Positions 1 to 10,698 are shown, counted from the stretch's first letter. The stretch is DNA of 64,000 nt from a bacterium (GCA_016124905.1 WGMV01000002.1:1257-65256); one strand, 5' to 3'. A program made the numbers and translations. Notes: a model not told the origin generated them from the sequence alone.

Positions 1-289
1 GACGCGAAGCCCCCGCCCCCGTGCCATAGGCATAAAGCGCCTCCACCGCCGCATTCACCACATCCGGATGGCGACTAAGGCCGAGATAGTCGTTACTGCT
101 GAAATTGATGAGCTCCCGCCCCTGATGGTGCACCAGCACCCCTTCCAGCGGCACCGTTTCATGGATATGGCGCATCTGGTGCTTGCTCACCAACTGGTCA
201 AGCTGCTGCGCTGCCCATTTCTCAATGGTCAATGCTTCCGGTGCAGATACGGCCGGACCTGATACAGTTTTCGCTTCGGCCAAATTCAC
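1..289 (-). CDS. bioF: 8-amino-7-oxononanoate synthase, N-terminal part; gene runs off the left edge
   Basis: My own minus-strand translation reads [75 protein letters not shown]. This carries the BioF-type NFxSNDYLGL and GxGxSR signature. It is divergent from bioB-bioA. The start codon is uncertain (GTG 289 or TTG 283). It is absent from the ORF track because it is truncated by the window edge. Confidence 0.7.
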   Translation of the reverse strand, partial: MNLAEAKTVSGPAVSAPEALTIEKWAAQQLDQLVSKHQMRHIHETVPLEGVLVHHQGRELINFSSNDYLGLSRHPDVVNAAVEALYAYGTGAGASR

Positions 290-361
290 GCCCAATTTCA
301 CTGTTTGCTTGAAGGAAACTCTGCTATACGGTCAATCCGTCCAACAAGAGGCATCCTGACG

Positions 362-1390
362 ATGGGCACCTTGAATAACCAAAACCAGACGATTTCACAA
401 CGCCTAAGCTCCCCCATCCGCCATGATTGGAGCGTAGAGCAAGCCATGGCGCTGTTTTCCTTGCCATTCAATGACCTGCTTTACCAAGCCCAGACCGCCC
501 ACCGCCAGTTCTTTGCCAGCAACGAGGTTCAGGTCAGCACCCTGCTTTCCATCAAAACCGGCGGCTGCGCCGAGGATTGCTCCTATTGCCCCCAAAGCGC
601 CAAATACAACACCGGCCTGAAAGCCGAAAAACTGATGGATGTCGATGACGTGCTGGAAAAAGCCCGCATCGCCAAAACCAACGGCGCCACCCGCTTCTGC
701 ATGGGCGCCGCCTGGCGAAGCCCCAAAGAGCGCGACATGCCCAAAATGGTGGCAATGGTCGAAGGCGTCAAAGCCCTCGGCTTGGAAACCTGTATGACGC
801 TCGGCATGATCGACAAGCAACAGGCGCACACCCTGAAGGATGCCGGGCTGGATTATTACAATCACAATCTCGATACCTCCGAGCAGTTCTACGACAAGGT
901 CATTACCACCCGCACCTATCAGGACCGGCTGGATACACTGGAAAATGTGCGCGATGCGGGCATGAGCGTCTGCTGCGGCGGCATCGTCGGCATGGGAGAG
1001 GCGGTGGAGGACCGCGCCGCCATGATGGTGACGCTGGCCAACCTGCCCACCCATCCGGAATCCGTGCCGATTAATTGGCTGGTACAGGTGGAAGGCACCC
1101 CGCTGCATGGCCGCACCACGCCCGATCCGTTCGATTTCGTCCGCACCATCGCGGTTGCCCGCATCATGATGCCCGCTTCGATGGTCCGCCTTTCCGCCGG
1201 GCGTGAAGCCATGAGCGATGAGCTTCAGGCCCTTTGCTTTGCCGCAGGCGCCAACTCCATTTTCTATGGCGAAAAGCTGCTCACCACCGGCAACCCGGAT
1301 ACGGAAAAGGACCAGGCCCTGTTCACACGCCTCGGCATGGTGCCGATGGAGGCTCGGCATGAAAACAAACCCGTCTGCGCAGCGGCGTAA
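362..1390 (+). CDS. bioB: biotin synthase (radical SAM)
   Basis: Lies in ORF 305..1390. It has the radical-SAM CxxxCxxC motif in [13 protein letters not shown], plus YNHNLDTS and [10 protein letters not shown] motifs. I prefer ATG 362; TTG 305 is possible. Confidence 0.9.
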   Translation: MGTLNNQNQTISQRLSSPIRHDWSVEQAMALFSLPFNDLLYQAQTAHRQFFASNEVQVSTLLSIKTGGCAEDCSYCPQSAKYNTGLKAEKLMDVDDVLEKARIAKTNGATRFCMGAAWRSPKERDMPKMVAMVEGVKALGLETCMTLGMIDKQQAHTLKDAGLDYYNHNLDTSEQFYDKVITTRTYQDRLDTLENVRDAGMSVCCGGIVGMGEAVEDRAAMMVTLANLPTHPESVPINWLVQVEGTPLHGRTTPDPFDFVRTIAVARIMMPASMVRLSAGREAMSDELQALCFAAGANSIFYGEKLLTTGNPDTEKDQALFTRLGMVPMEARHENKPVCAAA

Positions 1391-2657
1391 CGCCTCCGCC
1401 CAGCCCTCCTGGGCAGCTACCGGCGCGCGCCATCTCTGGCTGCCATACAATCAGCACAAGCTGGCACCTGCGCCATTACCCGTGGTTGGCGCGAAAGACT
1501 GCCGCATCCATCTGGCCGATGGTCGCGAACTGGTAGATGGCATCGCCAACTGGTGGACCGCCTGCCACGGCCATGCCCACCCCAAGCTGGTGGAAGCCGT
1601 GCAGAAACAGGCCGCCGCCCTGCCGCACGTGATGTTCGGTGGCCTGATGCATGAACCCGCCGCCCTGCTGGCAGAAAAACTCACCGCCATCGCCCCCGAG
1701 GGCCTCAACCGCGTTTTTTTCGCCGATTCCGGCTCCGTCGCGGTGGAAACCGCCATGAAAATGGCCGTGCAATACTGGGTGAACAAAGGCAAAGTGAACA
1801 AGAAAAAGATCATCGCCTTCCGCCACGGCTATCATGGCGACACCATGGGCTGCATGTCCGTCTGCGACCCCGATGACGGCATGCACACCACCTTCAGCGG
1901 CTACGTGCCCATGCAGTTCCATATCGACATCCCGTCGGACGAATACGGCTTTTCCGAATTCGATGACCTGCTCTCCCACATCGCCCCCAGCGCCGCCGCC
2001 ATCATCATCGAGCCGCTGGTGCAGGGCGCGGGCGGCATGATTTTCCACAGCGCCGACACACTGGCGGAGATCCACCGCATCACCCAAAAGCACGAATTGC
2101 TCCTGATCGCCGACGAAATCGCCACCGGCTTTGGCCGCACCGGCAGCATGTTCGCCTGTAACGAAGCGGGCATCACGCCGGACATCATGTGCGTCGGCAA
2201 AGCCCTCACCGGCGGCATGCTCACCCTCGCCGCCACCTTGGCCACCGATAAAGTCTTCGACGGCTTCCTCAGCGAACTCCCCGGTCGCGCCCTCATGCAA
2301 GGCCCCACCTACATGGCCAACCCCATCGCCTGCGCCGCCGCGCTTGCCTCGCTCGAATTGTTCGAGTCCGAACCACGCATCCAGCAGGTGCAAACCATTG
2401 AGCAGCATCTCTGGCAACTCCTCTCGCCGCTTCGCAATGTGGAAAATGTAAAAGACGTCCGCGTCAAAGGCGCCATCGGCGTGGTGGAGCTGGATGCCTG
2501 CGCCGTGGATGCATGGGATATGCGCATTCGCGCCGCCGAAATGGGCGCCTGGCTCCGCCCCTTCGGCCACATCATCTACCTCATGCCACCCTTTACCATG
2601 CCGGAAAGCGATATTGCTTTTCTCGCCGATGTGATAGGTAAGTTGCTCCAACGATAG
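1359..2657 (+). CDS. bioA: adenosylmethionine-8-amino-7-oxononanoate aminotransferase
   Basis: Class-III aminotransferase motifs: [30 protein letters not shown] and the PLP-Lys context GKALTGG. ATG 1359 is preceded by GGAGG at 1347-1351. The gene overlaps the bioB 3' end by 32 nt. The ORF-track start at 1218 is an upstream extension inside bioB. Confidence 0.9.
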   Translation: MKTNPSAQRRNASAQPSWAATGARHLWLPYNQHKLAPAPLPVVGAKDCRIHLADGRELVDGIANWWTACHGHAHPKLVEAVQKQAAALPHVMFGGLMHEPAALLAEKLTAIAPEGLNRVFFADSGSVAVETAMKMAVQYWVNKGKVNKKKIIAFRHGYHGDTMGCMSVCDPDDGMHTTFSGYVPMQFHIDIPSDEYGFSEFDDLLSHIAPSAAAIIIEPLVQGAGGMIFHSADTLAEIHRITQKHELLLIADEIATGFGRTGSMFACNEAGITPDIMCVGKALTGGMLTLAATLATDKVFDGFLSELPGRALMQGPTYMANPIACAAALASLELFESEPRIQQVQTIEQHLWQLLSPLRNVENVKDVRVKGAIGVVELDACAVDAWDMRIRAAEMGAWLRPFGHIIYLMPPFTMPESDIAFLADVIGKLLQR

Positions 2658-2668
2658 GGAGCCACCAC

Positions 2669-3295
2669 ATGCTCCTCATCCTGTTTGCCATCATCGGAAT
2701 TTTCGCCGGCATACAGAATGCCCTGGCGGAAGACACCTCCGGCCTTCTGAACGCGCATGAGGCGAAATTCACCAGCATCGACGGCAAACCCATGCCCCTC
2801 AGCGACTATCGCGGCAAGCTGCTGCTGGTGGTCAACACCGCCTCCAAATGCGGCTTCACCCCGCAATATGAAGGCCTGGAAAAACTCTATCAGAAATACA
2901 AATCCAAAGGCCTGGTCATCATCGGCGTGCCCGCCAACAATTTTGGCTCGCAGGAACCGGGCAGCAACGAGGACATCAAGCAATTCGCCGAGGGCAGCTT
3001 CCACGTCACCTTCCCCCTGACACAAAAGGAAGATGTGGTCGGCAAGGGCGCGCATCCCTTCTATCAATGGGCCGCCAAACAGGCGGGCGTGCTCGGCACC
3101 CCCAAATGGAATTTCCACAAATACCTGATTTCGCCCGAAGGCACGCTGATCGACTGGTTCTCATCCGCCACCAAACCGGAAGATGAAAAACTCGTCAAAG
3201 CCATCGAAGCCAACCTGCCCGGCGATGCCAAAGCGGAAGCCCCGGTTGAAAACCCCGCCAACCCGGACATCATCATGCGCAAAAAAGCAAAATAG
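2669..3295 (+). CDS. glutathione peroxidase family protein with N-terminal signal-like segment
   Basis: GPx motifs NTASKCGFTPQ (active-site Cys codon TGC at 2849-2851), GVPANNFGSQEPG and WNFHKYLI. The hydrophobic N-terminus is MLLILFAIIGIFAGIQNALA. Confidence 0.85.
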   Translation: MLLILFAIIGIFAGIQNALAEDTSGLLNAHEAKFTSIDGKPMPLSDYRGKLLLVVNTASKCGFTPQYEGLEKLYQKYKSKGLVIIGVPANNFGSQEPGSNEDIKQFAEGSFHVTFPLTQKEDVVGKGAHPFYQWAAKQAGVLGTPKWNFHKYLISPEGTLIDWFSSATKPEDEKLVKAIEANLPGDAKAEAPVENPANPDIIMRKKAK

Positions 3296-3296
3296 C

Positions 3297-4220
3297 CTAC
3301 CGGCCGTTGCGGTACCATTCCCAGGTGCGCTGAAGCCCCTCGGCAACGGGTGTTTCCGGCGCAAGTCCCAGCACCGCCTTCAAGGCCGCCGGGCTACCCT
3401 GCGAATGACGAATATCTCCCGCCCGCGCATCCACCTGCCGGTGCTCCACCTCATGCCCGATGATCCGCTCCAGATGCCCTGCAAGCTGGTTTACCGTCGT
3501 CACCGCGCCGGTGCAGATATTGTAACGCTCAAACCCCTCCCAGCCCTGCTGTATAGCCGCCATCAGCACCTTCACCACATCGCCCACATACACAAAATCC
3601 CGCGTCTGCTCACCATCGCCGAAGAACGTGATGGGCTGCTCGCGCCCGATTGCATCCATGAAAATGGAAATCACGCCAGAATAGGCGCTGCCCGGCTGCT
3701 GCCTCGGCCCATAGATATTGAACGCCCGGAATGCACGAACATCCAGCCCGTGCACCTCTGCCGCAGCGCGCCCATGCAGCTCACACCCCAGCTTATCCGC
3801 GCCGTAGGGGTTGATCGGCTCCGTCACCGCCGTCTCCACGATCGGCATCACGCGCTGCTCGCCATACACGGCGGCCGATGACATCACGATCAACGGCACG
3901 GGGTTTGCCTTCACCAGCTCCAGCAATTGCACCCACGCGCCAAGGTTCACCGTATGGCTGTCAAAAAGCTGCTGGTTGCATTGCCCCACCGCCGCAATAG
4001 CGGCCAGATGGAACACTCCGTCCACATCCCTGAGCGCACGCGCCATCAAAGCGGCATCGCGCACATCACCTTTCAGCAATTCCACATCGGCGGCCAGATT
4101 TTCCGCCCTGCCGGTGCTCAAATCATCCACCACGCGCACAGCATGGCCCGCTGCCAGCAGCACATCACACAGATGCCCGCCCACGAATCCCGCCCCGCCG
4201 GTTACCAGATAATGCGCCAT
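3297..4220 (-). CDS. NAD-dependent epimerase/dehydratase (extended SDR, UDP-sugar 4-epimerase-like)
   Basis: N-terminal Rossmann motif VTGGAGFVGGHL and a YxxxK catalytic pair in PYGADKLG. Length is 307 aa. Confidence 0.8.
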   Translation of the reverse strand: MAHYLVTGGAGFVGGHLCDVLLAAGHAVRVVDDLSTGRAENLAADVELLKGDVRDAALMARALRDVDGVFHLAAIAAVGQCNQQLFDSHTVNLGAWVQLLELVKANPVPLIVMSSAAVYGEQRVMPIVETAVTEPINPYGADKLGCELHGRAAAEVHGLDVRAFRAFNIYGPRQQPGSAYSGVISIFMDAIGREQPITFFGDGEQTRDFVYVGDVVKVLMAAIQQGWEGFERYNICTGAVTTVNQLAGHLERIIGHEVEHRQVDARAGDIRHSQGSPAALKAVLGLAPETPVAEGLQRTWEWYRNGR

Positions 4221-4327
4221 TCTTGTCCTTTCGATCTCGTTTTACGAGCGCAGCGAGTTGGGCCATTGAGGCCCCGCCCGCTAATGCGGGCGCAGCCCTT
4301 CGCGTAGCGAAGGTCAGGCAAAAGGCT

Positions 4328-4355
4328 ATTCCCACTAACTTTTGTTAGTGGGAAT
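4328..4355. repeat. perfect 12-bp stem / TTTT loop palindrome (attcccactaac tttt gttagtgggaat)
   Basis: Read directly from the sequence. It lies in the divergent spacer between the epimerase start (4220) and rpmJ (4469). Smaller GC hairpins flank it: cgcccgc-taat-gcgggcg and ccttcg-cgtag-cgaagg. Confidence 0.7.
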
Positions 4356-4468
4356 ATAGCTGAGATTGGTTAAAACGAAGAAAACCGCCCGTCACCATCC
4401 AAATTACACTTGACCTTCCGGCTGCTTTCCCGCATATATCGCACCTCAAATTTCTATAGGTAAGTGTT

Positions 4469-4594
4469 ATGAAAGTCCGTAGCTCGCTGAAATCCGCCAA
4501 ATTGCGCGATAAAGACTGCCGCGTTATTCGTCGCAAGGGCCGTCTGTATGTGATCAACAAAAAGAACCCGCGCTTCAAGGCTCGCCAAGGCTAA
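4469..4594 (+). CDS. rpmJ: 50S ribosomal protein L36 (41 aa, Cys-poor non-zinc type)
   Basis: It is too short for the ORF track. My translation is [41 protein letters not shown], which matches the YkgO/alphaproteobacterial L36 pattern (RKGRxYVIxKxNPRFKxRQG). An intrinsic terminator follows. Confidence 0.9.
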   Translation: MKVRSSLKSAKLRDKDCRVIRRKGRLYVINKKNPRFKARQG

Positions 4595-4621
4595 CCGCCC
4601 ACGCGAAAGCGGAAAGAAAAA

Positions 4622-4652
4622 CCCCGGAATCCTGCGATTCCGGGGTTTTTTA
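4622..4652 (+). terminator. rho-independent terminator of rpmJ
   Basis: Stem ccccggaat / attccgggg with a 6-nt loop, followed by a T6 run. Confidence 0.75.
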
Positions 4653-4673
4653 TTACCTGCAAACCGGCAAAAT

Positions 4674-4925
4674 CTAATAAACGCCGATAAACTCCTCATC
4701 CCGGCTCTGTCCGGCCAGGAAGGTGAAATACAGCCCGAGCAGGCCGCCGAACCCGAGCGACCAGTAAAAAATCTTGTCCACGCAATGCTCGCTGTAAATG
4801 CGGTTGGTCAGGTCAAAAAAGAGATACGAGACGCCATAAATCAGGCCAATGGCGATAATGGCCATCACCACATAGCATACCAGCACATCCATCAGGCTTT
4901 TCGCGCGCATTTCTTGACCTTTCAT
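4674..4925 (-). CDS. small hypothetical membrane protein (two hydrophobic helices)
   Basis: 83-aa ORF with two clear hydrophobic spans: VLVCYVVMAIIAIGLIYGV and WSLGFGGLLGLYFTFLA. No family recognised. An internal ATG at 4910 with an AAGG upstream is an alternative start. Confidence 0.45.
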   Translation of the reverse strand: MKGQEMRAKSLMDVLVCYVVMAIIAIGLIYGVSYLFFDLTNRIYSEHCVDKIFYWSLGFGGLLGLYFTFLAGQSRDEEFIGVY

Positions 4926-5047
4926 GTCATTACCAGCAGCGGATAACCCACTGAGATGACAGAATCATGGCACTTAATGAAATTTTAAGAATTTTCTTAT
5001 AAGCGCGCCGCTTCCATTTAGCCAGCATTTTTCACAACCACAGGTAA

Positions 5048-6499
5048 TCAGGCGGCATCCTGCCGTTTCGGCAGCTTCTTGAATGCCTCCAGCGCCGCAT
5101 TCCGCGCTTTGGCATGGTCCACCATCGGGTAGGGATAATCCTTCCCAAGCTCAACATTGGCCTGCTTCAGCAATGCGGGGCCGGCCAGCCAGGGCGCGTG
5201 AATGGCCTCTTTCGGCAGTCTGGCCAGCTCCGGCACCCATTGGCGGATATAATCCCCATCCGGGTCGAATTTTTCGCCCTGCCCCACGGGGTTGAAAATA
5301 CGAAAATACGGCGCGGCATCCGCCCCGCACCCGGCCACCCACTGCCAGCTGGCGCTGTTATTGGCAATATCCGCATCCACCAGCGTATCCCAGAACCATG
5401 CCTCCCCCTCTTTCCAGTGGATAAGAAGGTCCTTGATAAGGAAACTCGCCACAATCATACGCACGCGGTTATGCATCCAGCCCGTATGCCAGAGCTGGCG
5501 CATACCCGCATCCACAATGGGGTAACCCGTTTTTCCCTTTTGCCAGCGCGTCAGCGCGCCGTCATCTTCCACCCAGGGAAAATCATCAAATTCCTGCCGG
5601 AAATTCTCCTCCGGAAAAGCAGGGAAATGATACAGCAGGTTATAGGAAAATTCCCGCCAGCCGAGTTCACTCAGAAAATGCTCATATCCCTTGCTCCAGC
5701 CGGGCTGCTTCGCCTGCGCCACCCGCGTGGCGGCATAAACCTGACGGGGGCTGATCTCGCCAAAACGCAGATAAGGCGATAACCGGGAAGTCGCCTCCAC
5801 CGCCGGAAAATTCCGCTCATCCTTATAATCTTTCGCGGCCCCACTTAAAAAAGCGGCGAGCCTTTCCCGGGCGGCGGCCTCTCCGGCTTTCCAGCTTTCC
5901 CGAAACCCGCCTGCCCAATCCGGCTTGGTTGGCAGCAATGGCCAACCAAGCAGCTCATCGCTTTGGGGCCAGCTTTCGGGTGTCGCCAACCATTTGGGCG
6001 CGGGCAAAGCCTCCACCTTTTCCAGCTGCGGCAGACACCCTTTGTTCCAATAGGGCGTGAATACCTTATAAGGCCCGCCGCTCTGATTTTTCACCTGCCA
6101 CGGCTCCAGCAGCAGCGTGGTGTTTTCCGTGCGCAGCTTCACCTGCAGCGCATCCATCGCCTGTTGCACCGCCTGCTCCTGTTTGCGCTGATACAGGTCG
6201 TATGCCCGGCCGAAATGAAGCTCCGCCGCCTGGCTTTCCACCGCCAGCGCCGCAAGTACCTCCGCAGCGTCGCCGCGCTTAAGGATCAGCCTGCTGCCAA
6301 GCGCTTCCAGCGATGCCGCCAGCGATACCAGCGAATGATGCAGCCACCAGCACGATGCCGCGCCCATGGCGCGCCCACCGGCTTCATCATCCAGCACATA
6401 AACCGGTATCACGGGCCGTCCGCTCTCGGCCAGCGCATGAAGCAAACCATGGTCGGCCACGCGTAAGTCATTGCGATACCACAAGATGACGGGCTGCAT
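5048..6499 (-). CDS. phrB: deoxyribodipyrimidine photolyase
   Basis: N-terminal [11 protein letters not shown] and the FAD-binding C-terminal block [31 protein letters not shown] plus WQWVAG. I take the start at MQPVILWY (ATG 6499) rather than the ORF-track 6526. Confidence 0.9.
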   Translation of the reverse strand: MQPVILWYRNDLRVADHGLLHALAESGRPVIPVYVLDDEAGGRAMGAASCWWLHHSLVSLAASLEALGSRLILKRGDAAEVLAALAVESQAAELHFGRAYDLYQRKQEQAVQQAMDALQVKLRTENTTLLLEPWQVKNQSGGPYKVFTPYWNKGCLPQLEKVEALPAPKWLATPESWPQSDELLGWPLLPTKPDWAGGFRESWKAGEAAARERLAAFLSGAAKDYKDERNFPAVEATSRLSPYLRFGEISPRQVYAATRVAQAKQPGWSKGYEHFLSELGWREFSYNLLYHFPAFPEENFRQEFDDFPWVEDDGALTRWQKGKTGYPIVDAGMRQLWHTGWMHNRVRMIVASFLIKDLLIHWKEGEAWFWDTLVDADIANNSASWQWVAGCGADAAPYFRIFNPVGQGEKFDPDGDYIRQWVPELARLPKEAIHAPWLAGPALLKQANVELGKDYPYPMVDHAKARNAALEAFKKLPKRQDAA

Positions 6500-6588
6500 G
6501 AAAAACTCTCCAAAAAATCGCCGCACACTCTAGCCCTATGGGGAGCAATTGGCTATAACCACCAGATACCGTCATTGAGGAACCTGAA

Positions 6589-7749
6589 ATGAAGCCGACC
6601 ACGCGTCCGAACATTCCCAATTTCTCCTCCGGCCCCTGTGCCAAACGCCCCGGCTGGACGTTGGATGCGCTGAAGGATGCCGCGCTCGGCCGCTCCCACC
6701 GCGCCAAGGTCGGCAAAACCAAACTGAAAGAAGCCATCGACCTCAGCCATGAGCTGCTCGGCCTCCCCGCGGATTACAAACTCGGCATCGTCCCCGCCTC
6801 TGACACCGGCGCATTCGAAATGGCCATGTGGTCCCTCCTCGGCCCGCGCGGGGTGGATGTGTTTTCGTGGGAAAGCTTCGGCCAAGGCTGGGCGAGCGAC
6901 ATAAAAAGCCAGCTGAAACTCTCCGACGTCCGTTATTTCAACGCCGATTACGGCCAGATACCCGATCTGTCGCAGGCAGACAGCGCCCGCGACATTGTCT
7001 TCACCTGGAACGGCACCACCTCGGGTGTGAAAGTGCCGAACGGCGACTGGATCAAGGACAGCCGCGAAGGCCTCACCTTATGCGATGCCACCTCCGCCGT
7101 GTTCGCCATGGACATGCCCTGGCACAAGCTCGATGTCGTCACCTATTCCTGGCAGAAAGTCCTCGGCGGCGAAGGCGCGCACGGTGTCATCATCTTAAGC
7201 CCGCGCGCCGTGGCGCGGCTGGAAAGCTACAGCCCGTCCTGGCCCATGCCCAAGATCTTTCGCATGACGTCGAAGGGCAAACTGATCGATGGCATCTTCC
7301 AGGGCGAAACCATCAACACCCCTTCCATGATGTGCGTGGAAGACCTGCTCGATGCCCTGCACTGGACCAAGAAAATCGGCGGAGCCGAGGCGCTCCAGCG
7401 CCGCTCCAACGACAACCTCAAAGCCATCGAAGGCTGGGTGCTGAACAGCAAATGGGCGGACTTTCTTGCCGAGCGCGCCGAGATCCGCTCCAATACCTCC
7501 GTGTGCCTGAAAGTGATCGACCCCGCCTACCTCGCCCTTTCGGCCGAGGCTCAGGCCGAAGTCGCCAAAAAAATCACCAGCCTGCTGGATAAGGAAGGGG
7601 TGGCCTACGACATCGGCGCCTACCGCGACGCCCCTCCGGGCCTGCGCATCTGGGCGGGCGCCACAGTCGAGAAATCCGACCTGGAAGCCCTCTTCCCCTG
7701 GCTCGACTGGGCATTCAACGAATCCATGCAAACCGTGAAAGCAGCGTAA
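6589..7749 (+). CDS. serC: phosphoserine aminotransferase (long form)
   Basis: N-terminal [13 protein letters not shown] and a length of 386 aa. GAGG lies upstream of the ATG. serA follows 4 nt downstream. Confidence 0.88.
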   Translation: MKPTTRPNIPNFSSGPCAKRPGWTLDALKDAALGRSHRAKVGKTKLKEAIDLSHELLGLPADYKLGIVPASDTGAFEMAMWSLLGPRGVDVFSWESFGQGWASDIKSQLKLSDVRYFNADYGQIPDLSQADSARDIVFTWNGTTSGVKVPNGDWIKDSREGLTLCDATSAVFAMDMPWHKLDVVTYSWQKVLGGEGAHGVIILSPRAVARLESYSPSWPMPKIFRMTSKGKLIDGIFQGETINTPSMMCVEDLLDALHWTKKIGGAEALQRRSNDNLKAIEGWVLNSKWADFLAERAEIRSNTSVCLKVIDPAYLALSAEAQAEVAKKITSLLDKEGVAYDIGAYRDAPPGLRIWAGATVEKSDLEALFPWLDWAFNESMQTVKAA

Positions 7750-7753
7750 CACC

Positions 7754-9349
7754 ATGACCAAATCCGCCCCCAAAGTCCTCATCTCCGATAAACTCAGCCC
7801 GGCAGCTGTGGAAATTTTCCAGAAGGCCGGCATCGAGGTGGACAACAAACCCGGCCTCACGCCCGATGAACTGAAAGCCATCATCGGCAATTACGAAGGC
7901 CTCGCCATCCGCTCCGCCACCAAAGTAACGCCGGATGTATTGGATAAAGCCAAAAAGCTGAAAGTCATCGGCCGCGCGGGCATCGGGGTGGACAATGTGG
8001 ACGTCCCAGCAGCCACCGCCAAAGGCATCATCGTGATGAACACGCCCTTCGGCAATTCCATCACCACCGCCGAGCACACCATCTCCCTCATGATGTCGCT
8101 CGCCCGCAACATCCCCGCCGCCAGCGCCTCCACCCATGCCGGCAAATGGGAGAAGAACAGCTTCATGGGCGTGGAAATGGCGGGCAAAACGCTCGGCCTC
8201 ATCGGCTGCGGCAATATCGGCTCCATCGTCGCCAACCGCGCCGCCGGGCTGAAAATGAAGGTCATCGCCTATGATCCCTTCCTCTCCGACGACAAAGCCA
8301 AGGAAATGAATCTCCGCAAGGTCGAGCTGCCCGAACTGTTAAAAGAGTCGGATTTCATCACGCTTCATACCCCGCTGAACGATTCCACCCGCAACATCCT
8401 GAACAAAGATACGCTCGCCAAAACCAAAAAGGGCGTGCGCATCGTCAATTGCGCCCGCGGTGGTCTCATTAATGAGAAAGACCTCAAAGCCGCCATCGAG
8501 TCCGGCCAGGTGGCCGGTGCCGCGTTGGATGTGTTTGAGGAAGAACCCGCCAAAACCAACGTGCTTTTCGGCATGGAGCAGGTTGTCTGCACGCCTCACC
8601 TCGGCGCCTCCACCACTGAAGCGCAGGAGAACGTCGCCTTCCAGGTGGCCGAGCAAATGGCCGACTACCTCAATAACGGCACGGTTACAAACGCGCTCAA
8701 TATGCCCTCCGTCTCCGCCGAAGATGCCGCCAAGCTGAAACCCTACCTCGAATTGGCGCAATATCTTGGCAGCTTCGCAGGCCAGATCACCGAAACCGGC
8801 ATCAAATCCGTCTCCATCGATTACGAAGGACACGCCGCCACGCTCAACACCAAGCCGCTGACGGCCGCGGCGCTCTGCGGCTTCCTCACGCCGCTCATTA
8901 ACAGCGTCAACCCCGTCAGCGCGCCCATCATCGCGCGTGAGCGCGGCATCCGCGTCAGCGAATCCGCCCATGATGGCAAATCGGATTACCAGACGCTCAT
9001 CCGCATCACGGTCGAAACCGACAAGCGCAAGCGCAGCATCGTCGGCACCCTGTTCAACGACCATCCCCGCATTGTGGAAGTGCACGGCGTGAAGCTGGAA
9101 GCCGCCGTCGGCCCCTACATGCTCTACATCAGCAACGAGGATAAACCCGGCTTCATCGGCAAGCTCGGCCAGTTCCTCGGCAATGCGGAGATCAACATCG
9201 CCCACTTCCACCTCGGCCGCTCCAACAAGGCCGAACACAAGGGCATGGCCACCGCGCTGATCGAGCTGGATCATAAAATTGATGACAAGCAGCTGAAAGC
9301 CGTGCAGGATCTGCCCGGCGTGCAGAGCGCTAAATTCCTGCGCTTTTAA
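7754..9349 (+). CDS. serA: D-3-phosphoglycerate dehydrogenase
   Basis: GRAGIGVDNVD, NAD-binding GLIGCGNIGS, and a C-terminal ACT-like regulatory region. Length is 531 aa. Confidence 0.92.
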   Translation: MTKSAPKVLISDKLSPAAVEIFQKAGIEVDNKPGLTPDELKAIIGNYEGLAIRSATKVTPDVLDKAKKLKVIGRAGIGVDNVDVPAATAKGIIVMNTPFGNSITTAEHTISLMMSLARNIPAASASTHAGKWEKNSFMGVEMAGKTLGLIGCGNIGSIVANRAAGLKMKVIAYDPFLSDDKAKEMNLRKVELPELLKESDFITLHTPLNDSTRNILNKDTLAKTKKGVRIVNCARGGLINEKDLKAAIESGQVAGAALDVFEEEPAKTNVLFGMEQVVCTPHLGASTTEAQENVAFQVAEQMADYLNNGTVTNALNMPSVSAEDAAKLKPYLELAQYLGSFAGQITETGIKSVSIDYEGHAATLNTKPLTAAALCGFLTPLINSVNPVSAPIIARERGIRVSESAHDGKSDYQTLIRITVETDKRKRSIVGTLFNDHPRIVEVHGVKLEAAVGPYMLYISNEDKPGFIGKLGQFLGNAEINIAHFHLGRSNKAEHKGMATALIELDHKIDDKQLKAVQDLPGVQSAKFLRF

Positions 9350-9358
9350 GGAGGTTCC

Positions 9359-9478
9359 ATGGGCCATTTAATCATGCAGCTGATTAAGCTCGTGACCACA
9401 GTGTTCCTGGTCTATTTCCTCGCCGTGCAGATGGAATGGATCAACCCCTGCGACATGCCGGGGCAGTTCCTGTGCTGA
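9359..9478 (+). CDS. candidate 39-aa hydrophobic mini-protein (MGHLIMQLIKLVTTVFLVYFLAVQMEWINPCDMPGQFLC)
   Basis: Not in the ORF track. Its ATG lies 5 nt after a strong AAGGAGG (9348-9354), immediately after the serA stop. It has one hydrophobic helix. Its TGA (9476-9478) overlaps the GTG 9472 start of the next gene in a GTGCTGA arrangement. Confidence 0.4.
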   Translation: MGHLIMQLIKLVTTVFLVYFLAVQMEWINPCDMPGQFLC

Positions 9479-10698
9479 ACCAGCTCTGGGCAGGCATGAT
9501 TCTGCTGTCGCTGTTCGCGGCATGTATGCAGACCCTCCTTGGCCATCCGGACATCTGGCCCACCATGGGCAAGGCACTGTTTGAAAGCGCCAAATTCTCC
9601 ATGGATGTCGCCCTCGGCCTGGCGGGCATCATGTGCCTGTGGATGGGCTTTTTCGCCATCGCCGAGCAAAGCGGCCTCATCCAGGTTTTTTCGCGCCTCA
9701 TCAGTCCGCTTTTGCGCCGCCTCATGCCCGAAGTGCCGCATGGCCACCCCTCGCTCGGCAGCATGTCCGCCACCATGGCCGCCAACATGCTGGGCCTGGA
9801 CAATGCCGCCACGCCCTTCGGCCTCAAGGCGATGATCGATCTGCAGACGCTCAACAAAAGTGACAACACCGCCAGCAACGCGCAGATCATGTTCCTGGTC
9901 ATCAACACCGCCTCCGTCGTGCTGCTGCCCGTCACGGTGATGATGTACCGTCAGCAGATGGGCTCTGCCGACCCCGCTGCCGTATTCCTTCCCCTGCTGC
10001 TCACCTCCATCGCGGGCACCATCCCCGCCGTCATCGTCACCGCCCATATCCAGCGCATCAAACTGCTGGACCCCGTCATCATCGCCTACGGCGTTGGCAT
10101 CGTCGCGCTCGGCATGCTGTTGTGGCTGTGCGCATTTGCCGTGCCGGAGGCCGAACGCTCCGCCACCATGTCCGCCATCAGCAACGGCATCCTGATGCTG
10201 GCCATCGCGGGCATCCTTATACACGGCATGCTGAACCAGGTGCCCGTCTACGAAGCCTTCATCGAAGGCGCGAAGGAAGGCTTCCACACCGCCATCAAAA
10301 TCCTTCCCTATCTCGTGGCCATGATCGGCGCCATCGCCGCCCTTCGCGCCTGCGGCCTGCTCACGGCACTGGAGAATCTCGTCGCGCGCGCCGCCACCGC
10401 CATCGGGCTGGACCCCGGCTTCGTCCCCGCCCTCCCCACCGCCTTCATGAAACCTTTCAGCGGCAGCGCCGCTCGCGCCAGCATGCTCGAAGTCATGCAG
10501 CATTATGGCGTAGACTCCTTCCCCGCCACCGTCGCCAGCATGGTGCAGGGAAGCACCGAAACCACCTTCTACGTCATGGCCGTCTATTTCGGCTCCGTCG
10601 GCATAACCCGCGTACGCTACGCTGCAGGCGTCGGCCTGTTTGCGGATTTCACCGCCATCGTCGCCGCCATTTATTTCAGCTACGTCTTTTTCGGCTAG
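9472..10698 (+). CDS. nucleoside-recognition (Gate/SpmA-SpmB-like) domain membrane protein
   Basis: Polytopic membrane protein with two Gate-like halves. The N-terminus VLNQLWAGMILL resembles SpmA-type starts (MxNxIW), so I prefer GTG 9472 to ATG 9436. Confidence 0.75.
   Translation: MLNQLWAGMILLSLFAACMQTLLGHPDIWPTMGKALFESAKFSMDVALGLAGIMCLWMGFFAIAEQSGLIQVFSRLISPLLRRLMPEVPHGHPSLGSMSATMAANMLGLDNAATPFGLKAMIDLQTLNKSDNTASNAQIMFLVINTASVVLLPVTVMMYRQQMGSADPAAVFLPLLLTSIAGTIPAVIVTAHIQRIKLLDPVIIAYGVGIVALGMLLWLCAFAVPEAERSATMSAISNGILMLAIAGILIHGMLNQVPVYEAFIEGAKEGFHTAIKILPYLVAMIGAIAALRACGLLTALENLVARAATAIGLDPGFVPALPTAFMKPFSGSAARASMLEVMQHYGVDSFPATVASMVQGSTETTFYVMAVYFGSVGITRVRYAAGVGLFADFTAIVAAIYFSYVFFG

Noticed and set aside
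68-262. 64-aa plus-strand ORF at the left edge.
   Set aside because: It lies entirely antisense to the BioF-like reading frame, which carries the [10 protein letters not shown] motif, and has no SD or motif of its own.
284-361. A biotin-operon operator (BioR TTATMKATAA-like or BirA-type palindrome) in the bioF / bioB divergent spacer.
   Set aside because: I could not find a convincing palindrome or a TTAT-N2-ATAA word in the ~75-bp spacer, so no regulatory site is claimed.
2849-2851. Possible selenocysteine in the glutathione peroxidase active site.
   Set aside because: The codon is TGC (Cys), not TGA, and no SECIS-like hairpin is needed.
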